This document shows positions 1 to 10,766 of a stretch of 64,000 nucleotides of DNA, in pieces. Under the pieces are notes generated by a model that ran no database searches, was not told where the DNA came from, and saw nothing but the letters and a program-made list of their open reading frames with translations. The DNA comes from Pachysolen tannophilus NRRL Y-2460 (taxonomy: Eukaryota): the NCBI GenBank assembly GCA_001661245.1, contig KV454017.1, positions 837,903 through 901,902 of the forward strand. The letters run 5' to 3'. How positions within the stretch are numbered: the stretch's first letter is position 1; every line of letters starts with the position of its first letter. The translations under genes were made by a program, and so were the position numbers.

Positions 1-1838
1 GAATGGGTATATATCATGTCAACAATGTTTTCACTAAGAGGATCTCTATTTTTATCCAACCATCCTTCAATGTTATATTCAACTTCACCAGCATAATGTT
101 TTATTATAAAACCATTACGTTGTCTATTTGGACGATATTTTAATTTTGTCTTATCTATTCCCTTTTCTCTAATTTCTAAATTTGCATTTAATTTTTCGAA
201 AAAACTATGATCTGAAGATTTTGGTACAATACATTCTTCATCTAAAATTGGTAATATACCTATTTTTTTCTTTGATTTCAATTCGATTAATTCAATTGTT
301 GGTTTCAAATCATTACCAAAATCTATGAACTTCCAGTTAATGTTTTCTTTAAGATATTCATTTTGTTCTAGGACAAACATATGATGGTTAAAAAATTGTT
401 GTAATTTTTCATTGGTATAGTTAATACAAAGTTGTTCAAATGAATTTTTATCAAAGATTTCAAAACCTGCTATATCTAATATACCAATAAAATTATCGTT
501 TAAATTTTTTTCTAAATTTTCCAGTATAAAACTTTGATTTATTTTATCAACAACGTATTTAAATATTTTTTCATACAAACATTTTGATAAAGCATCAATT
601 ATAAATTTTGATTGTTTAGATGTCTTTTGCTGTACAACATATTCTTTACCTGCTTTAACTTTTGGTTTCAAAAAAGAATTTTTAAACAGTTGTTCATCGC
701 TAATTCCAAGTAATTCACATAATTTACCAATTGGAGATGAATCTAAAAGAATTGCTTGTTTATCATCGTTAAAATTTTTGAATTCAATATTACCTAGCAA
801 TAATATTATAGCAAGAATTTTAAATATATTTGCCATTTCAATTGTTGAAAAGTTAATTGTTTTTAAAGCTTTAACCAAATTTTTGAATTCTTTTTTATCA
901 TCAACTCCTGGGATTTGAGAATTTGAATTTTTCAAATAATTATAATGTTTAACAGATCTTGTTAATTGCAAAGCAGCCATTTCTCCATCACTTAATCCAT
1001 TAAGCAATTGATAAAAAATGTGATAATTTCTTTCATTTGAATTTTGATGTACTGCTCTTGATTTCTCTAATAAGTACCATTCAATGTTTGCACCAGTTAA
1101 ATTTTTAGTATTTGGATTAATTGATAATTTAATGAATTTACCAAATCTTGAAGAATTGTTATTTTTAACAGTTTGAGAATTACCAAAAGATTCTAATATA
1201 GGGTTTGCTTCTAATATTTTTTCATCAAAATTGAAATTAGTATTAGATTTAGAATTAGAATTTTGAGAAGAAGTAGAAGATATTACTGTTGTAATGTACT
1301 GAATTATTTTTTTAGTATTTTCTGTCTTACCAGCACCACTTTCTCCTGTTACCAATATACTTTGATTTTTCTTATCTTTTATCAATTGTTGTAATGCCTT
1401 TTCTGCTATACCAAAAATATGTGGTTTTTGAATTTTATCATCATTTCCCAGAGCGCTATTACTATTATAAAGTTCAACAAAATCTCTATTATAAATATTG
1501 ATATCTTGGTAAGGATTGATAGCAACCAAGAATAATCCAGAATATGTATAAATTAAATTATCCATGTATCTCAATTTCAAATTATATAATACTGAAGGCT
1601 CATTTAAATAAGTTAATGAAGCCATATCATCACATTTATCAAATTTTGGAGGATTCACTTTTTCCAAAAAATCTTTGTTTTCAATCTTATCCACAGCGGC
1701 ATCTTCACATCTAACTTTAACCTGATTTTGTTTTAATTCTTCAACAATATAACCTTTTATAAAAATCTTTTCCTTATCAGGTAACCATACCCAAGTCTGA
1801 GATGCAAAATTGACTTCATCCTGGGTTTCAGAAGTCAT
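1..1838 (-). CDS. MYO1: Type II myosin heavy chain, 5' part (runs off the window start; not in ORF track)
   Basis: Manual translation from ATG 1838 gives MTSETQDEVNFASQTWVWLPDKEKIFIKGYIVEE, then VNPPKFDKCDDMASLTYLNEPSV, P-loop VTGESGAGKTE, ESFGNSQTVKNNNSSRFG and GILDIAGFEIF. The N-terminal SH3-like region and NPPKFDK are typical of myosin II. Confidence 0.92.
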   Translation of the reverse strand, partial: MTSETQDEVNFASQTWVWLPDKEKIFIKGYIVEELKQNQVKVRCEDAAVDKIENKDFLEKVNPPKFDKCDDMASLTYLNEPSVLYNLKLRYMDNLIYTYSGLFLVAINPYQDINIYNRDFVELYNSNSALGNDDKIQKPHIFGIAEKALQQLIKDKKNQSILVTGESGAGKTENTKKIIQYITTVISSTSSQNSNSKSNTNFNFDEKILEANPILESFGNSQTVKNNNSSRFGKFIKLSINPNTKNLTGANIEWYLLEKSRAVHQNSNERNYHIFYQLLNGLSDGEMAALQLTRSVKHYNYLKNSNSQIPGVDDKKEFKNLVKALKTINFSTIEMANIFKILAIILLLGNIEFKNFNDDKQAILLDSSPIGKLCELLGISDEQLFKNSFLKPKVKAGKEYVVQQKTSKQSKFIIDALSKCLYEKIFKYVVDKINQSFILENLEKNLNDNFIGILDIAGFEIFDKNSFEQLCINYTNEKLQQFFNHHMFVLEQNEYLKENINWKFIDFGNDLKPTIELIELKSKKKIGILPILDEECIVPKSSDHSFFEKLNANLEIREKGIDKTKLKYRPNRQRNGFIIKHYAGEVEYNIEGWLDKNRDPLSENIVDMIYTH

Positions 1839-2002
1839 CTTTGCCAAAATAGAAAAAAAAAAGAAGAAATGTCAATTAACTCCTTATCGTTTCTTTAATA
1901 ATTAATTAATATAACCTACAATTTGGAACTATGATTTCTTTGTGGATAGCTACAGCTCTTTTATACTGGACCATACTGTTTACGTCCCCAGCTATTGTTT
2001 TT

Positions 2003-2028
2003 TTGTTTACAAGTTTCCTTTTCGGGTA
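2003..2028 (-). promoter_or_regulatory. Composite Mcm1-Fkh (CLB2-cluster) element upstream of MYO1
   Basis: Minus strand reads TACCCGAAAAGGAAA-CTT-GTAAACAA: CC-N6-GG followed by a forkhead site. A second GTAAACA lies at 1977-1983. Confidence 0.7.
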
Positions 2029-3080
2029 TTAAAGATGTATTACACTACAAACTGAAATTATTTATTAATTTATTGCCCCAAGAGAAAAGGTAACTAGTTG
2101 ACCAAAGGAAAGATTAGAAAGTTTGAGAAAGAAAGTTCAAAAGAGAATAGGTGTTTGTTGTCCTGATAGAGAAAATCAGTTATTTATTTTGATATTGATA
2201 CTCTTGTTTGAATATATATTAGTTGGTAGAAAAGAAAGAGAATTAAAAAAGTAAATCAAAGTGTTGTCTACCTCATTAGGCGATTTGGTGTTTGCGTACA
2301 CTACTATTCATTGGTTAACTATAAATTGTTAATGTTAAAGATAGACAAATAAGGTACTAATGGTGTAAGAATCCAAGAATTAAGCCAACCAGCAAGCCAG
2401 AAAGCAATAGAAAAACAAAAAAAAATCTAACTTTAAGAGTTTTCTTGAGATTGTAATTTTGGCAAAATGTTATTGGTTGATTATTTATATAAAATGGTGA
2501 ACGTCAAATGTACTAAAATTAATAATGAAATAAAAATAAAAATTGCAATAATAAATAAAACTTGTAAATAATATAATAATAAAAATAAAAATAAAAAAAA
2601 AAAAAAAAAACAAGTTGTTCAAGTCTACTCTTCTTAAAATTTGATTTTACAAAACAGAATATATGACATTTGAGAGTTTAAAAGGAATAGTAGGAATAAA
2701 AGCTCTTTTTTTCTTCAAAATAGCAAATAAAAAAAAATAAAAATAAAAATAAAAATAAAATAAAATAAAATTGAAAAAAATAAAAAAAAATTTGTGTTTT
2801 CTTTTTAAAAAACTAAGAGCATTCATAGAATTCTTTCTTTCTTTCTTTCTTTTTTTCTTTATTTCACTCTAATGTCTATGAATTATCTGTTGGAAAACTA
2901 AAATAAAATATTAAAAAAGATAAAACCAAAACCAAAAAAAATTCTCTTTTCTCTTTTTTATTATTTTTCAAATTTCAATAACAAACTTTTTTTTTTTTTT
3001 TCACTTCCTTTAAATTTATTTTATTTTACTTTTCTTTTTTCTTTATTTTTATTTTTATTCCATCTCTTTTTATTATATAT

Positions 3081-3678
3081 TTAAGCTGATTCTGGGAACA
3101 ACTCTTCTTTCAAATCAACACCCAACTCTTCTCTAACATCTTTTAATTCTTCCAAGTATGCCTCATACTGCTCACTGTTTTCAACCTTATGTTTTAAACC
3201 TTCAAAAACTCTAACTGCAGTAGCATAGTCGTTAACTCTTCTACAAGCTCTCAAGGCTTTTTCAATAACAGCTGGTGATGGAACCAAATCGTATGAAAAA
3301 CAATTGTTTAAAACACGCTACAATGAAAAAAAAAAAAAAAAAAATAAAATTGAAAAACGTTAGTAAAGAAATCAAATAAAAAAATTACATTATAACCACT
3401 TTCTCTCACTCTCACTCTGTGTGTGAGTTTGTATATTTTTTATTATTATTATTATTATTACTTACCTGAACTTCAAATAAATCATATGCCTCTTCAAATT
3501 CTTTTTCGTATCTTGTAGTGAATTCTTCAAAAGTCTCTTCATGATGATCTGAATAATTTCTTCTAATAATAGAGTTATTCAAATTTAACAATTTAGCTTG
3601 ATTATAAGCTGTAATTCTTAAAGTCGATGGAGTACGAACTGAATTTCTAATAACTGAACGAATTGAATTTGCAAACAT
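3081..3678 (-). CDS. COX6: Cytochrome c oxidase subunit VI (COX5A family); 2 exons, 3678-3466 and 3317-3081, 149 aa
   Basis: Splicing joins EETFEEFTTRYEKEFEEAYDLFEVQ to RVLNNCFSYDLVPSPAVIEKALRACRRVND in frame. The N-terminus is an Arg/Ser-rich mitochondrial presequence. Confidence 0.95.
3318..3465 (-). other. Spliceosomal intron of COX6 (148 nt, phase 0)
   Basis: Donor GTAAGT at 3465, branchpoint TACTAAC at 3365-3359, poly-T tract, acceptor TAG at 3320-3318. Confidence 0.93.
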
Positions 3679-4065
3679 CTTTTATCTCTCTTATTAAATG
3701 ACAAGCTAATATTATATACTAAACTATTATATACGGTTGTACTAATAAGTTATTTTATTTTTATATTTATATATTGTTTATTTCAAATATATAATGGGTC
3801 TATCTTTTTATAAAAATGAGTAGATTTTTTAATTTTTTCTTGAATTTTTTTTTTCAGTGCTTTTTCAACTTAATGCTTCAAGAAAAATAGGTATTAAACC
3901 AATACTGTATGGTGGAAAAAAAGGGCAAAAAGAAATTTTTAAAAAAAAACTACTTTTTTTTTGCTAGTAAAATAGTTGAAAAGTTATTTAAAATAAAAAA
4001 AAAAGGAGATTTTTTTTTTTTGCAGACAGAGGAAACAAAATTACACTTTTTGAAAATCTTTTTTG

Positions 4066-4073
4066 TTATTGGC
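4066..4073 (+). promoter_or_regulatory. Candidate CCAAT box (Hap2/3/4/5) upstream of COX6
   Basis: TTATTGGC lies about 390 nt upstream of the COX6 ATG. COX6 is a known HAP-complex target in S. cerevisiae. The motif is short, so support is weak. Confidence 0.35.
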
Positions 4074-4341
4074 TGAAATGGTGTCCGCTACGAAGTTTTT
4101 ATAAAGTGCTGCAAAGTTTTATAAAATGCGTATAAAGTGCTACGTAACCTGCGTTTAAAAGATATTTATTTTGTCCAGCTGCGCAGTTGCGCAGTTGCGC
4201 TGTATTGTGCGGTTATGCAATTGTGCACTACTAAAACAATAAAAATTTAATTATTTTATTGATTGATTTGTTCACCAGTACTTAACAAATACTATACTAA
4301 CTAAATATATTGTTTATCTTTCTATATTGTTACGTAATAAT

Positions 4342-7311
4342 CTAACTAACTAATTTTTCAGATTTTTTTTTTTCTTTTTTTTTCTCTTTCATCATTTGAT
4401 ATTCAATACTCCAAAATCCCTTTTCATTTCTTTTTAATTCTAATAATTTTTCATTCCATTTCTCTGGAAATGAACTATTATTATTATTTTCTAAAGTTGA
4501 ATTGAGAATAATAGCTGTAGTAGTTAAAACTTTATCGATACTTGAAGAAGAAGAAGAAGAAGTACATGTATTTTCATTTACTTGTGAGATTTGAGGTGTA
4601 AATTTTTGTAAATATTGATTAATGCCCCATATTAATTGATCTGTAGTGTTTAATGTGCTGAAATTGTTATCATCAAGGCTTTCCAATATTGAATTGACAA
4701 ATGTTATAATGATTTGAGATCCAATTGTAGTCTTTCTTTGTAAATGTACTTCTTTGGAAATCATATTATGTAAAATTTTAATTTTTTCAAAATCAGGAAT
4801 ATTATTAGATTGTAATATTCCTAGTAAATAACCTCTCATTAAACTATTAGAATAATTATTTTTTTGGAAAAAAATTAATGCTTTATCAGATGACCATTGT
4901 GTATATTTTTTCATTAAATAAATTTCTGATTTTGAAATTATTAATTTATGAATATCTTGATTTTCAAAATTTAAATTATTAAGAAATGAAAAAAATTGTT
5001 TAAAATTAAAATCTGTTATATTTTCAATTTTTTCTAATTTATTAAAAATAATTTGTTGTATTAAATTTTGAAATTGTTCAATCTTGTCATTAATTAATTC
5101 TTTTTCAATATTTGAAATTATATAATTTAAAAAAATTAATAATTTTTCAAATTCTAATAATGAAAGATTTTTACCAAATGTTTTCAAATTTCGAAATTGA
5201 TAATCTAAATCTTGAATTAAAATTCTTTGAAATAAATTTAAATTAAAATCTAAATTAATAATTTTTTTATTCATAATTTGATAATTAATATAATTTAAAT
5301 AATAAAGATTAATATATTTTAATTTAGAAAATCTAATAAAATTCGCTTCAAAACAATTTTTATTATATTTTAAATCAATCTTATATTTTTCTTTTAATAT
5401 AAATTCATCATCTGTTAAAATTTCATCTATAATCTCTTTTAAAAATAAATATTTTTCCTTATTATAATAAGGATTTTGATTAATCACTCTAATTAAATTA
5501 ATTATTTTTTTAAAACAAATCCCATATGGATTTTGCTTATCTTTAATAAAATCTAAACAAATATTAAAACTTAATTTCTTTAAAACTTTATTAATATATT
5601 CTGGATCTTTTAATTTTAAATAACTCTCTTTGAAAAATGAAACTTGTGTTTGACCATGTTCATTTTTAAATAAATAATATAAACAATTTGCCATAACATC
5701 AGATGAAATTTTTTTATTTTCAATAAATTGCATAAGTTGTCTCACATTATCTTCAGATTTAAACAATTTCTTATATTTCATAATATTATTAACAATTATC
5801 TCAATAATTTCATTATCTTTTAATTCACAATTACCAACATTTTTAGAATATAAATCCCAAAGATATAAAGAATCTTTATTCGAATACAATAATTTCCCAA
5901 GAAATATAAAATCATGTTCATTCAATTTAAATTTAAAATTATTCAACAATTTTATGAAAAATTCATCTAAATTCTTATTGTAAATCTTGACATCTTCATT
6001 GGAATAATTTTCTTTTGAATTGATTGGGTATAAATTGGTTAAGATTCTACTCAACACACCTGGTGTCTTAATAAAATCTTCATCATTGGCTAAATGTGAA
6101 ACAATAAGATCTCGTGATTTACAGAAAAATTGGTTTAAGTTTAAATCTTGGAGATAAAGTTGTTGAAGAAATTTTAATTGAATATCCAACATTTTTAATT
6201 TGATTGATATAGGTAATGACACTAGAGCGGAATCATATATTTCCATCACTGATCTTTGCATCTCTTCATTCAAGTCTTCAATATCTCTATATCTCTGAAT
6301 TAAAAGTGGTGTATTATTATCTTCATCATTTCGTAAATAAGTATTGTCTAAAAAACTTCCAGCTTTCATATTAATCAACATACTTTTAACGAAAAGAGCT
6401 CTTTTATTAGATTCATTATAAATTTTGAATGCTAATTCATTTAACAATTGCTTTCTTAAAGAAGTTATTGAATGATCATGAAATTTGAACAAAAAATTAT
6501 CAAATCCAATTTCTAAATCATTAATTTCTTTTAAATAACCATAAACATCATCAATGACAATATCAAAAGTCTTCAACATTGTCAATCTATTTTCGAGTAA
6601 GATTATGCATGCATTTTCGTAATATTTATTGAATAACAAGCACTTCAATAATTTTCTTAATTGTGGTTCGGAAACATTATATCTAATTCTCATATAAAGT
6701 TTTAAATAATTATCTGGCCTTATCTTTGTTATTGTTGGTTTGAAATTTGTCAATATTTGTAATCGGAGATGAGAATCATAAGTATTACTGATCCTTTTCA
6801 CCAATTCAAACGGTAGTACTAATGACGATCTTAACAAATAGTTGCTATATGATTTACTGTTAATATTGTATAATTCTTCATTGTTGTGTATATAACTTTG
6901 ATTAATGACAATTAAACTTTTGATATTTTTATTATCTTCATTAGCAGTAGGAGTATTGTGGGGGTAGATCAATTCTTCAATTCTATCCAAAGTATTCGCT
7001 ATAATTGTTTCCGTTAATGAAGCCTGTCTATATTTCTGCTGACGGTAATCATCTGTGTTGGAATCCATTGGGTTGGAATCCACTGGGTGATTTCGATTTC
7101 GACTTCGATGGCGGTATGAAGTAACAGAAGGAGATGCAGATGCAGATGCAGATGTGATGAAAAAATCATTGTTATTATCAACTTTGAAAGTTTCGGAAGA
7201 ACTGACGGAATGCTGATGACGTGATGGTAGCGTTGATCTAAGTCTGGAAAAAATATAATGGCTCCAAACTCTCGAATTCTGATAAAATAATTTTGGTGAT
7301 CTTTTTAACAT
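4342..7311 (-). CDS. Uncharacterised 989-aa protein, probably mitochondrial (possible helical-repeat RNA factor)
   Basis: Long intact ORF. The N-terminus is basic and Ser-rich with no acidic residues (MLKRSPKLFYQNSRVWSHYIFSRLRS). The body is rich in N/K/I/L/F, with no recognised catalytic motif. Confidence 0.6.
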   Translation of the reverse strand: MLKRSPKLFYQNSRVWSHYIFSRLRSTLPSRHQHSVSSSETFKVDNNNDFFITSASASASPSVTSYRHRSRNRNHPVDSNPMDSNTDDYRQQKYRQASLTETIIANTLDRIEELIYPHNTPTANEDNKNIKSLIVINQSYIHNNEELYNINSKSYSNYLLRSSLVLPFELVKRISNTYDSHLRLQILTNFKPTITKIRPDNYLKLYMRIRYNVSEPQLRKLLKCLLFNKYYENACIILLENRLTMLKTFDIVIDDVYGYLKEINDLEIGFDNFLFKFHDHSITSLRKQLLNELAFKIYNESNKRALFVKSMLINMKAGSFLDNTYLRNDEDNNTPLLIQRYRDIEDLNEEMQRSVMEIYDSALVSLPISIKLKMLDIQLKFLQQLYLQDLNLNQFFCKSRDLIVSHLANDEDFIKTPGVLSRILTNLYPINSKENYSNEDVKIYNKNLDEFFIKLLNNFKFKLNEHDFIFLGKLLYSNKDSLYLWDLYSKNVGNCELKDNEIIEIIVNNIMKYKKLFKSEDNVRQLMQFIENKKISSDVMANCLYYLFKNEHGQTQVSFFKESYLKLKDPEYINKVLKKLSFNICLDFIKDKQNPYGICFKKIINLIRVINQNPYYNKEKYLFLKEIIDEILTDDEFILKEKYKIDLKYNKNCFEANFIRFSKLKYINLYYLNYINYQIMNKKIINLDFNLNLFQRILIQDLDYQFRNLKTFGKNLSLLEFEKLLIFLNYIISNIEKELINDKIEQFQNLIQQIIFNKLEKIENITDFNFKQFFSFLNNLNFENQDIHKLIISKSEIYLMKKYTQWSSDKALIFFQKNNYSNSLMRGYLLGILQSNNIPDFEKIKILHNMISKEVHLQRKTTIGSQIIITFVNSILESLDDNNFSTLNTTDQLIWGINQYLQKFTPQISQVNENTCTSSSSSSSIDKVLTTTAIILNSTLENNNNSSFPEKWNEKLLELKRNEKGFWSIEYQMMKEKKKEKKKSEKLVS

Positions 7312-7812
7312 TCTTGAAATAAGGATCTGAACATTGACAAAACCAAAATGGAATAAATAAGTAATAAATAAGTAATAAATAAAATAAATAAATAAATAGA
7401 ATAAATAAATAAATAAATAGGAATAAATATATGATGGACCAACTATTCGGTATGTATCAATTGACCATTTGTGTGTGTGTGGATAACATAAGATATTATA
7501 CTTATCTTTAAAATGATATTGGTATCAAATAAATAAAATAATAAAATAAAATAAAAAAAACATACAAAATTACTACAACTCTTTTAAAATGCTATACCAT
7601 TGAATCAAACTGATAATTAATCCAATAGATTGAATTAATTTAATCAATCAGATGATGGTGATAACTATTATATTAGTTATTAAGTGATTTTGTATATTAA
7701 ATTATAACTATTAAAAAATTAAGATAAATATATATTTAAATTATATAATTATATAAATATATATAAATTTCAAGGGCTGTCAAAAAAATGTTTAAAAACA
7801 GGGTAACCCAAC

Positions 7813-10140
7813 TCAATGCTCAGCTTTTTTTATAGTGTCAATTTTTTGTCTCAAGGCTTCTTCGTTCAATTCAATCCATTTCAAGCTTTCTAAATGAGAA
7901 TTTAACAATTGTAAGATATCTTCCAATGGGTTATTATCAATGTCAATGTCCTGGCCATCTTTAGAGTTTTTATTATTAACAGCTTTACGTCCATTGAGTT
8001 GTTGAGTTTCTTTAATCATTGTTTTATTGAAAGTGCTGCTTACAACATTGATTTCATTTATCAATGAATTTAAATTTATCCCCAAACTATCTATAGTTTC
8101 ATCTAATACCATGGCAGTATGGTATGATTTTTCTCTTAATTGATCATTGGATAATAATTGGTCATCATCTTCATTATCATCCCCCAATTTTGCATTTGAT
8201 GGCGAAGCTATTGATGATAACAATTTTTCTGCTTGTGATTCATAATTTTTCAATAAAGAATCCAATTCTTCCTGTTGGTTTTCAATGTACAATAATGATT
8301 GATCAATCTTAGATTGTGTTTGATCTGCTAATATAGTATCTGAATATAACTGTCCAATTCTTTCCGCAGACAAGACTAAAGTTTGATCCCATTGACTAAC
8401 TTTTGAAGTATATGAATCAAATATAGAAGTTGCTGAAGATAATTGATTTGTCCATCTTGTAATTAAATCTTCTAAAGTTTTATTTTTAATCGACATTTCA
8501 GCAGGTTTTATTTCTTCTGGTTTAATATTAGCTGAGGCAGAAACAGATGGAATTGTTGATGTAGTGCTAGTAGTGGTTGAAGGTTTATCATTTTCATTTT
8601 TCGTAGATGCCGAAAATGAAACTGTTTTCTTGGTATCATCATCTTTTTTCTCGGTATTAGTGCCAAATGAAAATCCTGAGGGTTTTGATTCTTCTTTTTT
8701 CTCGGTAGTAGTTCCAAAAGAAAATCCTGAAGGTTTTGAATCTTCTTTTTTCTCAGTAGTAGTGCCAAATGAAAATCCAGAAGGTTTTGAATCTTCTTTT
8801 TTCTCGGTGCTAGTTCCAAATGAAAATCCAGAAGGTTTTGAATCTTCTTTCTTCTCGGTGCTAGTTCCAAATGAAAAACCTGAAGGTTTTGAGTCTTCTT
8901 TTTTCTCAGTGGTAGTTCCAAATGAAAATCCAGAAGGTTTTGAATCTTCTTTTTTCTCGGTGCTAGTTCCAAATGAAAATCCAGAAGGTTTTGAATCTTC
9001 TTTCTTCTCGGTGCTAGTTCCAAATGAAAAACCTGAAGGTTTTGCATCTTCTTTCTTTTCAGTAGTTGTTCCAAAAGAAAATCCTGAAGGTTTTGATTCT
9101 TCTTTCTTTTCAGTACTAGTTCCAAAAGAAAAACCTGAAGGTTTTGCTTCTTCTTTTTTCTCGGTACTAGTTCCAAATGAAAATCCAGAAGGTTTTGAAT
9201 CTTGTTTCTTTTCGGTACTGGCTCCAAATGAAAATCCGGAAGGTTTCGAGTCTTCTTTCTTTTCCGTACTGGTTCCAAATGAAAATCCAGAAGGTTTACT
9301 GTCTTTCTTAGGTTCTTCCTTCTTTGTACCTGCTGAAAATCCAAATAACGAGTTAGCATTGGTATTTGCCAGAGACGAAGAACTGTTAAGACTAAGATCA
9401 GACGGTGCTGGTGCCGATGTGGAGTTTGAATTTCCAGATAAAAATGTTTTCGGAGCTTCTTGTTTCCCCTCTGATCCTTGCAGAAACCCAAATAAAGGTT
9501 TATCAGAGGATGCGGTACTGCTGATGCTGCCTGTTCCAGTTCCAGTTCCTGTTCCTGTGCCACTGGAAGCAAAGAAACTTGTTGCATTGGTATTGGTAGC
9601 TCCATTTGAAGAAGTACCAAAACCAAAAGTTTTCGGAGGCCCCTCATTTGTATTCAGCAATGATGTATTTGATGTATTTGCCTTAGGGGTTAGAAATGAT
9701 TTTTGACCCAAGCCACTTAAAGAACTGGTATTAGGAGTAGTATTTTCCGTTGATTTAAACGCATTGGCGCCAAATGCATTGTTTCCCGTGTTAGTTCCTT
9801 GAGCATTACCGCCAAACGAACTACCAAATGTACCAAACGTTCCAAACAGTCCACTATTGTTATTATTATTACTTGTTGATCCTGATCCAAACGAGAACCC
9901 AGATCCACTACCGCTATTACCTGTAGAGTTTGCATTTTGAGTACCTAAATTTTGAGTAACTGAATTGGCGTTACCACTAGTATTGGCGTTGTTATTACTA
10001 CTACCAAACGCTGGAGAAGGCGTTGTTGAACTATTTGAAGATCCAAACCCACCGAAACCAGTAACAGTACTATTATTATCTTTTTTATCTGAAGAAATTC
10101 CGCCACTATTGGCGGAATTTCCAAAATTGAAAAGTGACAT
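7813..10140 (-). CDS. NSP1: FG-repeat nucleoporin Nsp1 (likely start at MSLFNFG, ATG 10140)
   Basis: N-terminal FG region, central KPSGFSFG repeats, and C-terminal coiled coil (NKTLEDLITRWTNQL, VSQWDQTLV, LLNSHLESLKWIE). Confidence 0.95.
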   Translation of the reverse strand: MSLFNFGNSANSGGISSDKKDNNSTVTGFGGFGSSNSSTTPSPAFGSSNNNANTSGNANSVTQNLGTQNANSTGNSGSGSGFSFGSGSTSNNNNNSGLFGTFGTFGSSFGGNAQGTNTGNNAFGANAFKSTENTTPNTSSLSGLGQKSFLTPKANTSNTSLLNTNEGPPKTFGFGTSSNGATNTNATSFFASSGTGTGTGTGTGSISSTASSDKPLFGFLQGSEGKQEAPKTFLSGNSNSTSAPAPSDLSLNSSSSLANTNANSLFGFSAGTKKEEPKKDSKPSGFSFGTSTEKKEDSKPSGFSFGASTEKKQDSKPSGFSFGTSTEKKEEAKPSGFSFGTSTEKKEESKPSGFSFGTTTEKKEDAKPSGFSFGTSTEKKEDSKPSGFSFGTSTEKKEDSKPSGFSFGTTTEKKEDSKPSGFSFGTSTEKKEDSKPSGFSFGTSTEKKEDSKPSGFSFGTTTEKKEDSKPSGFSFGTTTEKKEESKPSGFSFGTNTEKKDDDTKKTVSFSASTKNENDKPSTTTSTTSTIPSVSASANIKPEEIKPAEMSIKNKTLEDLITRWTNQLSSATSIFDSYTSKVSQWDQTLVLSAERIGQLYSDTILADQTQSKIDQSLLYIENQQEELDSLLKNYESQAEKLLSSIASPSNAKLGDDNEDDDQLLSNDQLREKSYHTAMVLDETIDSLGINLNSLINEINVVSSTFNKTMIKETQQLNGRKAVNNKNSKDGQDIDIDNNPLEDILQLLNSHLESLKWIELNEEALRQKIDTIKKAEH
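8645..9305 (-). repeat. Coding tandem repeat: 13 copies of a 51-bp unit (KKEDSKPSGFSFGTSTE)
   Basis: 13 KPSGFSFG units counted in the translation, with near-identical DNA units. Confidence 0.9.
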
Positions 10141-10312
10141 TGATTTATAGATTGATGATTTAATAAACAATCAAACAATCTAATTTAATAAATTATAAAT
10201 ACAATACAATAATATAAAACTACAAACAAAACTCATAAAAAAGAGAGGTTTCAAGAAAAGAAAGTTAAAAAAAAAAAACTTTCTTTTTTTTTGGAAGTTT
10301 TAGTTTGCAAAT

Positions 10313-10420
10313 GCACGACCTCTGCACGACCTGTTATGACTTGACACACGACTTGACACACAATTTGACACATGACTTTGCACAAGATTTTGCACGACTT
10401 TGTTTACAATTTGTTTCGAC
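10313..10420. repeat. Degenerate 11-12-bp tandem array (CACGACTTGACA-like) in the NSP1-GPM1 divergent promoter
   Basis: gcacgacctct gcacgacctgt tatgacttgaca cacgacttgaca cacaatttgaca catgactttgca caagattttgca cgacttt. Confidence 0.7.
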
Positions 10421-10766
10421 TTTTTTTTTAACAATTTGTGATTCCGAATTTGTATTCTTGAGTCATACATACACTACTTTGCTTATAAGTAAATTTTTTT
10501 TTTTTTTTTTTTTCTTTTTTTTTTTTTTCAGTTTCTCTCCTGAGAGCCGCCCGGAGTCAACTGATGATGAGCAGCACAGCGCACCACCATATTGTCAACC
10601 TAATTTCGGTAACAATATTAATATATATATATATAAAGGTATAATTTTATTAATTTATTTTAAAAGTTTATAAATTAATATAATAATTTTTTTCTTTTTA
10701 ACAATTAATTGAATTAATTGAATTGATTGTTTACTTTTTTTTCAAACTTTATTTTATTAAAAAAAA

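Noticed and set aside
8645..9305. Regularly spaced repeats resembling a CRISPR array
   Set aside because: No unique spacers, the unit is a multiple of 3 encoding FG repeats, the context is eukaryotic, and there are no cas genes.
8508..9706. Two ~380-aa ORFs overlapping NSP1 (antisense 8564-9706 and alternative frame 8508-9647)
   Set aside because: Shadows of the stop-free 51-bp coding repeat, with no independent protein features.
10305..10673. 122-aa ORF in the NSP1-GPM1 spacer
   Set aside because: Made of the 12-bp repeat and poly-T (poly-Phe); promoter sequence rather than a gene.
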